Assembly (NCBI GenBank): GCA_964644695.1
Contig: CAZXWN010000001.1
Coordinates: 430,869-494,868, forward strand
Origin: an uncultured bacterium
GTDB taxonomy: Bacteria > UBP4 > UBA4092
Direction of reading: 5' to 3'
DNA length: 64,000 bases
Below the pieces are notes generated by a model. That model was not told where the DNA came from. It worked only from the letters and a program-made list of their open reading frames with translations, and ran no database searches. A program made the position numbers and the translations under genes. Positions 9,777-18,775 of this stretch are shown here, piece by piece. The first letter of the stretch is position 1, and each line of letters begins with the position of its first letter.

Positions 9777-11518
9777 TACTTTTGACTCTCCTCATCCTTC
9801 TTATCATTAACAGCTTGTTTAATGATCTCGCCTAGATTTGTTGCAACGATAGTATCTTGATTCATATATTCACGAACGGCCTTACGTTCTTGATCTTCTA
9901 AGATTGCGCGCCGGCTAATATGTACTTTTTTGGGTTTCTGTTCAATTCTGATTACTTTAAATTCAAGAATGTCACCGACCTTACAGAACTGGCGAGCATC
10001 ATGAATTTTGTGAGAATCTAACTGCCGACTGGGGCAGAAGGCATCGATATTACCTTCAAACTCAACAGTAGCACCACCTTCAGTTACTTTAGTCACTGTT
10101 CCTTTGATTATCGAACCTTCTTTATTATCTTTAACAAAGGTTTTCCATGGGTCAGATGTTAATTGTTTAATACCCAGGCCAATTCGTCGTTTAGCTTTAT
10201 TAAACTTCAAAACCCGGACATCAACTTCCTGACCTTGTTGATAAACTTCTGAAGGGTTAATAGATTTTCCCCAAGTTAAATCGTTGACATGAACTAAACC
10301 TTCAACACCTTCTTCAATTTTGACAAACAATCCATGTTCTGTAACGCTGGTAATTGTACCCTTTGCAATAGAGTTAATTGGATATTTATTCTCAACAATA
10401 TCCCATGGATCTGGCTGTGTCTGTCGAAGGCTTAACGAGATTCTCTGGTGGAGTTTATCGATACCAAGAATTTTTACCTGTACCTCACCAGATACATTTA
10501 CAAGTTCTTTGGGATGTTTAATTCTTTGAACCCAAGACATCTCAGAAACATGAATCATTCCTTCAATACCCGGTTCAAGTTCCACAAATGCCCCAAAATC
10601 TGTCATTGCCGTCACTTTTCCCGTAACAATAGAGTTGATTGGATATTTTGCTTCTAAGGCATCCCAAGGGTTCTGTGTTATTTGTTTAAGACCTAAAGAA
10701 ATCCGTTGTTGGTTAGAATCAACCTTCAATATTATCAATTCAATTTTTTGTCCAACTTTTACAACTTCTTCAGCGGATTTGATTGGATTCCAAGCCATAT
10801 CTGAAATATGTAAAAGACCATCAATACCACCAATATCAACGAAAGCACCAAAAGAAGCAATTGATTTAATTGTTCCAATTATACGGTCGCCTTCTTTAAG
10901 ATTTAACAATAATTCACGGCGTTTGGTCAGACGTTCATCCTGAGCTATTTGTTTACGGCTTGCAACAACTTTGTTATGACGATCATCAAACTCAATAACT
11001 AAAAAGGGAAGGGATTGTCCAACTATGGACTGGGGGTCATCACTAGAGGATAGTCCAGACTGCGAAAAAGGCACAAAAGCTTTGATTCCATAGAAACTTA
11101 CTGAGAAGCCAGCTTTATTATGTGTAACAACAGTGCCTTCAACAGGGGTTTTATTTTCAAAAGCTTTACGTAGTTCAGTCCAACCAACACGTTGATCCGC
11201 TTTTGATTTAGATAATGCAACCAAACCGTTAGATGTCTCTGTTCTTAAAACATAAACATCTATTTCGTCACCGGTTTTCAACTTGATTTCGGAGTTAGAA
11301 AAAAGATTCAAATCCGAAGCAGGAATTAATCCCTCAGATTTATATCCGATATCGACAATAACACCTGATGAGGGATCTACTGAGAGTATTTTTCCATGAA
11401 TTATCTGACCTTCATGAATAGTCATCATACCTTCATCTGATGACATATAGTCTGCCATTTCATCATTTATTTCTGGCATAGAATTTGGGTTTTGTGGATC
11501 TTCATTGAATTTTGCCAT
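9776..11518 (-). CDS. rpsA: 30S ribosomal protein S1 (six S1 domains)
   Basis: VDIGYKSEG, FGAFVDIGGIDGLLHISD, repeated RISLGLKQ/DPW units. Confidence 0.95.
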   Translation of the reverse strand: MAKFNEDPQNPNSMPEINDEMADYMSSDEGMMTIHEGQIIHGKILSVDPSSGVIVDIGYKSEGLIPASDLNLFSNSEIKLKTGDEIDVYVLRTETSNGLVALSKSKADQRVGWTELRKAFENKTPVEGTVVTHNKAGFSVSFYGIKAFVPFSQSGLSSSDDPQSIVGQSLPFLVIEFDDRHNKVVASRKQIAQDERLTKRRELLLNLKEGDRIIGTIKSIASFGAFVDIGGIDGLLHISDMAWNPIKSAEEVVKVGQKIELIILKVDSNQQRISLGLKQITQNPWDALEAKYPINSIVTGKVTAMTDFGAFVELEPGIEGMIHVSEMSWVQRIKHPKELVNVSGEVQVKILGIDKLHQRISLSLRQTQPDPWDIVENKYPINSIAKGTITSVTEHGLFVKIEEGVEGLVHVNDLTWGKSINPSEVYQQGQEVDVRVLKFNKAKRRIGLGIKQLTSDPWKTFVKDNKEGSIIKGTVTKVTEGGATVEFEGNIDAFCPSRQLDSHKIHDARQFCKVGDILEFKVIRIEQKPKKVHISRRAILEDQERKAVREYMNQDTIVATNLGEIIKQAVNDKKDEESQK

Positions 11519-11561
11519 TTAGGAATCCTAAGAGGAGTAGTCTATGTTATATAGTTATATG

Positions 11562-11590
11562 ATTTTATAGTACATACAAAATAATGTCAA
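11562..11590 (-). promoter_or_regulatory. Sigma70-type promoter of the rpsA operon
   Basis: Minus strand reads TTGACA-17 bp-TAAAAT, about 45 bp upstream of the rpsA ATG. Confidence 0.7.
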
Positions 11591-11776
11591 TGAAATCAAG
11601 CTATCAACTAACCAATATGAATTGGATTATTTGTTTTGCTTCACCCAAGGGTATTATAAATAGCGTCTTTAAAAAACAAAATTGAGTATTTCAAATTAAT
11701 AAATACTCCCTTATCTATAGATATATGAATAAAATATATATGAGTGTTTTGATTTTTCAAGAAGGAGCTTAACCAA

Positions 11777-13219
11777 TTGAACTTAAAAATCGATAAATCG
11801 AAAATTACCAATTCAACTGAGATGGTAGAAATCATAAATTCCTTGATAACAGACTTAAATACCAATGATATCGCATTAGTAAAAAATCCCTCTTATATTT
11901 ATTCACCTCTTGAAATTTATCCATTAGCTCCCAAAATCCATGGACGTATATCTGGATTAATAGGAATTGCCAAGGACATGGATGGAACCACAACAACTAC
12001 TGAACCACTCTGTCTTCATTCATTAGAATGGATGATTAGAAGGATTACAGATCGTTTACCTGGCTGGTCAAAAAACAGTAGAAGTGAGTGGGCAGGCCTA
12101 GATAAAGATGTTGATTACCCTCATATCATAGGAAACTCAACAACAAAACATGTGGAGTATTTGGTTAAAAGATATGAAAATGAAATTTCAGTACAGTCTT
12201 TCTGCCGCTCTTATATCGAAGCTGCCCTGTGGACACTGATTGTAGGGAAGGATCCAGGAAGACGAAATGAAGTTAAAGCAAATATTTCAACTTTGGGGTT
12301 AGATTTTCTCTGGGAACATGCTGGAATAAAAAAGGTCCTGGAATCAAATACTTTCATACAGTCCAATATTGATCATATTCTTGATTCAGTTCTTGAGACA
12401 GCTTTATCAAATTTAAATATAAATAGTCTGACAAACAAAGTGAGAGCAGCCGTTGATATCTACTATATGAGATACCACTCAATTTTAATGGATATATCTG
12501 AAGGAAAGGGTCGAGAACGATCTGAAGAATTACTGAATATGGCTGGCAAGAGACTCGTAGAAGCTATGCCGGGTGTAGGAATCCTCATCAGCCTTGTAAA
12601 GGGATGGTTAGGTGAAGACATTATTAGCCTAAAGGATATTTTGTTAAATGATCTTCATTCTAAAGGAATTAAATTATCATCAGAAAATATTGAGAAATCA
12701 ACTAATTTATTAGCTCCACTCGGTTTGTATTTCAGAAATAATCCAGTAAAAATAGCCATTGTCACTTCATCCATTGCATATGAAGCGGATATCGTACTTA
12801 CAGAGGTTTTTTCTGTTATCCGAGAACAAATAGCATCGTGGCCCATAGCTGCGGAAAAAAAAGAGTTTTTAATTGAGAAGTTTTCGTCCTACAAAACTCT
12901 GTATGATGCTTTCATTACGGCAACAGATTCTTCTGAAATCCGGTTAAAACCACATCGAGATTTATATAGTATTGCTTTGCATCAAATGGGTATCCCAAAA
13001 GAAAAATATTCTCAGGTAGCAGGTTTTGAGGATAGTGAGTCCGGCACTATTGCTATTAGGGCAGCCGGTATTGGGCTCTGCCTGGCAGTCCCCTTTGCAG
13101 ATACTGCAGGACATGACTTGTCCGCTGCAACTCATATTCTTCATGGACAACTTCCCGAGTACATTTTTGTACATCAATGTTTTCTTCAAACAGAGCTCTT
13201 AGATAAATACAGAAAATAA
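11777..13219 (+). CDS. HAD-superfamily hydrolase with a very large cap insertion
   Basis: DMDGT (motif I), IVTSS (II), KPH (III), GFEDSESG (IV); AAGGAG RBS before TTG. Confidence 0.75.
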   Translation: MNLKIDKSKITNSTEMVEIINSLITDLNTNDIALVKNPSYIYSPLEIYPLAPKIHGRISGLIGIAKDMDGTTTTTEPLCLHSLEWMIRRITDRLPGWSKNSRSEWAGLDKDVDYPHIIGNSTTKHVEYLVKRYENEISVQSFCRSYIEAALWTLIVGKDPGRRNEVKANISTLGLDFLWEHAGIKKVLESNTFIQSNIDHILDSVLETALSNLNINSLTNKVRAAVDIYYMRYHSILMDISEGKGRERSEELLNMAGKRLVEAMPGVGILISLVKGWLGEDIISLKDILLNDLHSKGIKLSSENIEKSTNLLAPLGLYFRNNPVKIAIVTSSIAYEADIVLTEVFSVIREQIASWPIAAEKKEFLIEKFSSYKTLYDAFITATDSSEIRLKPHRDLYSIALHQMGIPKEKYSQVAGFEDSESGTIAIRAAGIGLCLAVPFADTAGHDLSAATHILHGQLPEYIFVHQCFLQTELLDKYRK

Positions 13220-13255
13220 TACAGTTAAATATAGTTAAGATATAATCTAATTTAT

Positions 13256-15649
13256 ATGGAAAAGAAAAAATCAGGCTACCTCATTATCCCTAAAAACAAT
13301 GTATCTTCTAAAAAAGGTAAAAGATGGAGGATGTTATTTTGGTTCTCCTTAACCATTATCCTTGTTCTTTTGTTGTTTTCAATCGCCTTTGCCTTTGCTT
13401 TGCCCAAAATCATTCAGACTCCTGATCTTGATACTCTGCTGAAAGAAAAACCTTTACAGGTCACTCGCGTTTATGGTGATCAAGGTGAAATTGTCGGTGA
13501 ATTTGCCAAAGAAAATAGAATTCCTGTGAAGATAGATAAAATGCCGAAAGACTTAAAAAATGCCATTGTTGCAACAGAAGATAAGAACTTTTATTCTCAC
13601 GGTGGTATTGATCCTTGGGGAATCGCTCGTGCAATGGTCAGAAATATTGAGTCAGGTAGAAAATCTCAAGGCGCCAGTACAATCCCACAACAGTTGGCCC
13701 GAATTATTTATTTAAGTAGAGAAAAATCATATAAAAGAAAACTTCAAGAATGGGTTATTGCTGTACAGTTGTCACAAAAATATTCAAAAAATCAAGTTCT
13801 TGAAATGTATTTGAATCGTGTTTATTTAGGACATGGCATGTACGGTGTTGAAGCGGCATCAAATTTCTACTTCAATAAATCAGTCAATAAACTGACACTG
13901 GCAGAATCAGCATTGCTTGCAGGACTACCCCAATTACCTGAAGTATACTCACCTTTCAGAAGTATGACCAAAGCAAAGCAGAGACGTGCTCAAGTTTTAG
14001 ATCGTATGGTCGCAGAAGGGTATATTACTTCCAAACAAGCACAAAGAGCAAAGATGGCTCCAATCAATTTATCAAAACGCAGAGAACGGTTCACTGCGTC
14101 ATCGTATTTTGTGGAACAGGTTAGACGGCAAATAGTAGAAGATCCTAACTATGGTTATGCTGCTCTTTATCAAGAAGGATTGCGAATTCATACAACGATG
14201 AACAGCAATTACCAAAAAGCAGCCCAAGATGTTTTACAGAGAAGCTTGGAACAATTTGAACAGCGACAACAAAATAGAAATAATCAGATTGGAAAGTTAG
14301 CTAAAGGTGATTTTAAGGCAAACACTAATTCTTATGCAAAAATCTTAAAAATCACTTCGCCAACAGAGCTCAGTGTAACCGTCCATGGTCAGGCAACAAG
14401 ACTGATATTGCCTTCAGACCTACCTTATTTAAAACCAGCCAATATTCTAAAAGAAGGCAACTATATTCCGGTTAAAATTTTGGGTGTAAATGCACGCAAA
14501 CAGCCAGTCGTATCATTTGTAAATCAATCCCACGTACAAGGTGCGTTAATTGCGGTTGATCCTGCAAATGGTCAAATCAAAGCCATGGTAGGCGGTTATG
14601 ACTTTAGAGAGAGTGAGTACAATCGTGCCATCCAAGCTTATCGCCAACCAGGATCTGCCTTTAAACCCATTGTTTACGCAACTGCTTTAGAAAATGGCGC
14701 AACACCATCAGATACGATTGTTGATGAGCCCAAGAGTTTTGACAATTGGAATCCACAAAACTACGACCGGAAATACAGAGGAAGCGTAACATTAAGATAC
14801 GCACTTGAACAATCACTTAATATTCCGGTTATTAAACTTGCCTCTCAATATGGTATCGGTAATGTCGTTGAATATGCCAATAAATTAGGCATTGTCGATA
14901 ATGAACAGCGCAAGATTAATCATGATTTAACAATTGCATTGGGTAGTTTAAATGTAACGCCGCTGGAAATGGCTGCCGCTTATTCAGTCTTTGCAAATGG
15001 TGGAACTTGGCATAAACCATATTTCATTAAACACATTTCTGATGCCAAAAATAGAAAAATTGAAGAATTTCAAACATACTCAGAGAAGGCTTTAAATCCA
15101 CAAACGGCCTATGTATTAACGGATATGTTGAGAGGTGTTATCACAAAAGGTACTGCTGCCAATTCCATTGGGCGATATTTCAAATATCCATCTGCAGGAA
15201 AAACGGGCACAACAAATGACTATGCTGACGCATGGTTTGTAGGTTACACACCTAAATTAGTCGCATGTTCCTGGGTTGGTTATGACCAGAGAAAGTCTCT
15301 TGGATCGGGTATGACGGGTGGTTCTGTTGCAGGCCCTATTTGGAGAGATTTTATGCTTCACACAGTAAATGCCAACAATGCTGTTGACTTTTCAAAACCA
15401 GAAGGTGTGGTTGTCGTAGATATTTGCTCCGCATCAGGCAAACTCGCTACGGCGGCTTGCATTGAAGCAGCAGAAAGACTGGGACCTTCGAAATTAAAGA
15501 TTTTGCATGAAGAATATAAAGCAGGAACTGAACCAAAAGAAGCTTGTGATTCTGAGCATAATGAAAGTGAATTAAGCATTCCAGAATCAGAAACCGATTC
15601 TGAATCAGATGTACAAACAACTCCATCCCCTGAAGTGGTAACCCAATAA
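13256..15649 (+). CDS. mrcA: Class A penicillin-binding protein 1A
   Basis: N-terminal TM; transglycosylase EDKNFYSHGG, GASTIPQQL, RKLQE; transpeptidase SAFK, SLN, KTG. Confidence 0.92.
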   Translation: MEKKKSGYLIIPKNNVSSKKGKRWRMLFWFSLTIILVLLLFSIAFAFALPKIIQTPDLDTLLKEKPLQVTRVYGDQGEIVGEFAKENRIPVKIDKMPKDLKNAIVATEDKNFYSHGGIDPWGIARAMVRNIESGRKSQGASTIPQQLARIIYLSREKSYKRKLQEWVIAVQLSQKYSKNQVLEMYLNRVYLGHGMYGVEAASNFYFNKSVNKLTLAESALLAGLPQLPEVYSPFRSMTKAKQRRAQVLDRMVAEGYITSKQAQRAKMAPINLSKRRERFTASSYFVEQVRRQIVEDPNYGYAALYQEGLRIHTTMNSNYQKAAQDVLQRSLEQFEQRQQNRNNQIGKLAKGDFKANTNSYAKILKITSPTELSVTVHGQATRLILPSDLPYLKPANILKEGNYIPVKILGVNARKQPVVSFVNQSHVQGALIAVDPANGQIKAMVGGYDFRESEYNRAIQAYRQPGSAFKPIVYATALENGATPSDTIVDEPKSFDNWNPQNYDRKYRGSVTLRYALEQSLNIPVIKLASQYGIGNVVEYANKLGIVDNEQRKINHDLTIALGSLNVTPLEMAAAYSVFANGGTWHKPYFIKHISDAKNRKIEEFQTYSEKALNPQTAYVLTDMLRGVITKGTAANSIGRYFKYPSAGKTGTTNDYADAWFVGYTPKLVACSWVGYDQRKSLGSGMTGGSVAGPIWRDFMLHTVNANNAVDFSKPEGVVVVDICSASGKLATAACIEAAERLGPSKLKILHEEYKAGTEPKEACDSEHNESELSIPESETDSESDVQTTPSPEVVTQ

Positions 15650-15651
15650 TA

Positions 15652-16182
15652 ATGCCCTCTTCAGATGATATTAAGCCAGTGGCAACTCCAGGAGAAAATC
15701 CGTTAGCCGATTTAATCACTATCGAACGGATGAAGCTTGAAGATTTAGATGAAGTCTTAGACATTGAACAGCGATGTTTCTCAATGCCTTGGACTCGGAT
15801 GATGTTTGAAACTGAAATAAAAAATAAGAACATCACTTATCCCTTACTGGCTCGATGGAAAGGGGATGGCAAAAATGAAAAAGGCAATTATCCAATTTGC
15901 GGGTATGTTATATTTTGGAAAATCCTGGATGAAATACATATTGGCAACGTTGCCGTTCCTCAAGAACATAGAAGACGCAAAATCGGATCATTTCTGATTG
16001 AAAAAATCATTGAACTTGCAAAAGAATGGAATGCTGTCCAGATTACATTAGAGGTAAGAGAAAGTAATCATGCAGCAATTCAGTTGTATAAAAGATATGG
16101 CTTTAGGGAAATCGCCATTCGACGAGATTACTACTCAAATCCTACCGAAGACGCCATTGTTATGTTGAAGGATTCTTTTTAA
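15652..16182 (+). CDS. rimI: Ribosomal-protein-alanine N-acetyltransferase
   Basis: IHIGNVAV, LEVRESN, LYKRYGF, RRDYYSNPTEDA. Confidence 0.88.
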   Translation: MPSSDDIKPVATPGENPLADLITIERMKLEDLDEVLDIEQRCFSMPWTRMMFETEIKNKNITYPLLARWKGDGKNEKGNYPICGYVIFWKILDEIHIGNVAVPQEHRRRKIGSFLIEKIIELAKEWNAVQITLEVRESNHAAIQLYKRYGFREIAIRRDYYSNPTEDAIVMLKDSF

Positions 16183-17464
16183 TAAGTTTTGACATTTTAT
16201 CTGCCAAGACACCTGTAACATATTTTCGATTATATTCGTTATTGAGTCTTATTTTTAATTCCTGCCGGTATTCCCGCTTAAACTGATTAAAAGCATCATC
16301 AAGAATTCTTTTTATTGTTTGGCAGTCATCGGGATCGGCAATCCAACCGGATTCATATTTATTCACTAAATCTCTCGTAACACCCTCAGGAGCCATACAT
16401 AAAATGGGACGTCCTGAAGCCAGATATTCCCAGGTTTTGGCGGGTACAACATGCTGACTTCCTTTACCCTTTCCAACCAGCAGCAATAATAAATCCGCTT
16501 TACATTGAAGCTGAATCGCCTCTTTACGGGGAAGTGATTTTCTCTCTTGGATAATGGATGTCAATCCCAATTTAATGATTAATTCATGATGGCGACTGTT
16601 CAGAGAACCCGCAAAAACGACATTAATTTGATTTTCCAAAGAAGGGTTCTCGACCAGCCAATCTTTCAAGGCCTTCAAAAAATAATCAGGAATCTGCCGA
16701 GGCTCAAAAAAACTGCCGGTATGAATTATTGTGAATTGAGGAGAGAAATTAGGGCTTATATCCACATATTCATCAGGATCCACGCCGTGAACAAGAGTGT
16801 CAATCTTTTCCGTAAACTGGGGATATTGTTTCAGAAAATAATCCGTAATACCGGAATTTACCGTAATCACCTGATTGGATTCATTCAATATCTTCTTCTC
16901 CCAATTTCTCATTATATTTCGGTGCAGGGGAGTTGGATGAAGATGAGGGTAATCTGTCCACAGGTCTTTGAAATCAGAAATCCATGGAATACCCGTCTTA
17001 CGATGCAATTCTCTGGCCACAAGATGGCAAGTATTGGGTGGCGAAGATGAATATATAACATCAATGTTTTCATTTTTGATTATTCGCAATCCTTCTTTTA
17101 CTGCGAATGGATACCATCCAAACCGAGAATCAGGTAACGAAAACCACCGATTTAAACCGTTGAGATTATCACGAATCCACTGAAATTTCTGATTTGCAGT
17201 TTTTTGTGATGTGTGGGGTTTTGTTTTTTTTATTCTGCACCATAATCGAAAAGGATCAAAAGATTCTGTTCGATAAATATGTAAATCGGGACTAATTTCC
17301 TGCAGGATGTCTGAATCCTGATAATAATGAAGGACATCCTTGACTCCCAATATGACAGGCTCCCAGCCATAGTGTGGAAGATACTTTGCAAACTTAACAG
17401 CTCGTAATACCTGAACACTGCCCAGAGGCGGAAAAAAATAACATATCATTAATACCTTAGGCAT
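16160..17464 (-). CDS. GT4 family glycosyltransferase
   Basis: VLMICYFFPP, DFKDLW, PAKTWEYLASGRPI; probable start MPKVL at 17464. Confidence 0.85.
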   Translation of the reverse strand: MPKVLMICYFFPPLGSVQVLRAVKFAKYLPHYGWEPVILGVKDVLHYYQDSDILQEISPDLHIYRTESFDPFRLWCRIKKTKPHTSQKTANQKFQWIRDNLNGLNRWFSLPDSRFGWYPFAVKEGLRIIKNENIDVIYSSSPPNTCHLVARELHRKTGIPWISDFKDLWTDYPHLHPTPLHRNIMRNWEKKILNESNQVITVNSGITDYFLKQYPQFTEKIDTLVHGVDPDEYVDISPNFSPQFTIIHTGSFFEPRQIPDYFLKALKDWLVENPSLENQINVVFAGSLNSRHHELIIKLGLTSIIQERKSLPRKEAIQLQCKADLLLLLVGKGKGSQHVVPAKTWEYLASGRPILCMAPEGVTRDLVNKYESGWIADPDDCQTIKRILDDAFNQFKREYRQELKIRLNNEYNRKYVTGVLADKMSKLIKKNPST

Positions 17465-18590
17465 GAGGACAACCTTGGGAACATTCATTATGAATGGTTT
17501 TTGTATTAATGTTTTTTTCGATAAATTGTTTTAACGCTTCTTGAAAAATGGTTTTCGAAAAACGGCTCGCATTATCAACGATTTCACTGTGATTAAAAGT
17601 CATCTGTTCAAATTTTTTAACAGCATCAATCAGAGATTCAGCACTTGCATCGGGGTAAAAAACAGCCGTTTTATCTTCAATCTGGGTTTCTAATATTCCA
17701 CCTCTTTTCCAAGCAATGACAGGACATCCCGTTGCATTGGCTTCCAGGGGAACAATGCCAAAATCATCATGGCTTGGAAAGACTAAAGCACGCGCTCGTG
17801 AATAGAACTCCTTTAATTGGCTGTCATCAGATTTTCTGTAAAACTCAATAGTAGGACCCGCTATCTTTTGGTAATACTCCTTATCCGATCCATCACCAAT
17901 AATTACTAATCTTTTTTTCATTTCATTGAATGCCTGGATGGCAATATCGATTTTTTTATATGGATGGACTAATCGCGATACAAGGAGATAGTAGTTTTCC
18001 CGGGTAGGAACAGTATCATTTCTAAAGAACTCTACATTGACAGGGGGATATATAACCTTTGCCGACCGCTTATAAAATTGATCAATCCTGTTTTTAACCT
18101 CATCAGAGGCGGCTATATAGTAATCAGGTCGTTTACTGGCCGACAAATCCCATCGCTTTAATTTCTTAATAAAGAAATCATAAAGGTTCTTTTGCCACCA
18201 TGGTATTGTATTCCGATATCCCTCTGGATTGACCCAACCAAATCTCATGGGAGTGTGGCAATAACATACATGACAGGCTCCAGGAAAAGTAAGGACACCA
18301 TGGGCATACGCATACGAACTGCTGATAACTAAATCAAACTCCCTTAAATCAAAAGATTCCATAAAAACGGGATATATCATAAATAACTTTTTGTAATGTT
18401 TATGTAAGATTTTATGTCGAAGACTGGAAGGAGTGTAGATAGTCCAAGATTTATATTTTGACGGCATTTGTTCCGGATCATACATGAGTGTATAGACAGG
18501 CGCTTCAGGGTAAATTTCCTTTATTGCTTCCAGAACCCGTTCAGCACCACCATATTGAACTAAATATTCATGTACTATCGCAACTTTCAT
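17457..18590 (-). CDS. GT4 family glycosyltransferase (mannosyltransferase-like)
   Basis: HEYLVQYGGAERV, YCHTPMR, DFGIVPLEANATG. Confidence 0.9.
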   Translation of the reverse strand: MKVAIVHEYLVQYGGAERVLEAIKEIYPEAPVYTLMYDPEQMPSKYKSWTIYTPSSLRHKILHKHYKKLFMIYPVFMESFDLREFDLVISSSYAYAHGVLTFPGACHVCYCHTPMRFGWVNPEGYRNTIPWWQKNLYDFFIKKLKRWDLSASKRPDYYIAASDEVKNRIDQFYKRSAKVIYPPVNVEFFRNDTVPTRENYYLLVSRLVHPYKKIDIAIQAFNEMKKRLVIIGDGSDKEYYQKIAGPTIEFYRKSDDSQLKEFYSRARALVFPSHDDFGIVPLEANATGCPVIAWKRGGILETQIEDKTAVFYPDASAESLIDAVKKFEQMTFNHSEIVDNASRFSKTIFQEALKQFIEKNINTKTIHNECSQGCPHA

Positions 18591-18680
18591 GAACTAAATC
18601 CTGTTAAGTAAACTGAAATGATATCTTAGCAGTGAAATGGTTATTTGTGATATTTTCTCAAAATTTACATCCAAAGTAAC

Positions 18681-18706
18681 ATCGAACAAGATCGATCTTG
18701 TTCGAT
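18681..18706. repeat. Dispersed palindrome copy 2 (perfect 26 bp, divergent intergenic region, no U-tract)
   Basis: ATCGAACAAGATCGATCTTGTTCGAT. Confidence 0.9.
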
Positions 18707-18760
18707 TCTCCTTCGTTCCCTTCTAATTCGCAAGTCGTGTCAAATTGTTGTATTTCTATA

Positions 18761-18769
18761 TGTTAAAAT
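18761..18769 (+). promoter_or_regulatory. Extended -10 element, possibly giving a leaderless transcript
   Basis: TGT-TAAAAT ends 6 nt before the ATG at 18776. Confidence 0.45.
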
Positions 18770-18775
18770 GAGGCC

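Noticed and set aside
18683-18704. CGAAC...GTTCG as a Gram-positive LexA box
   Set aside because: The spacing is N12 rather than N4, and three of the four copies lie downstream of genes.
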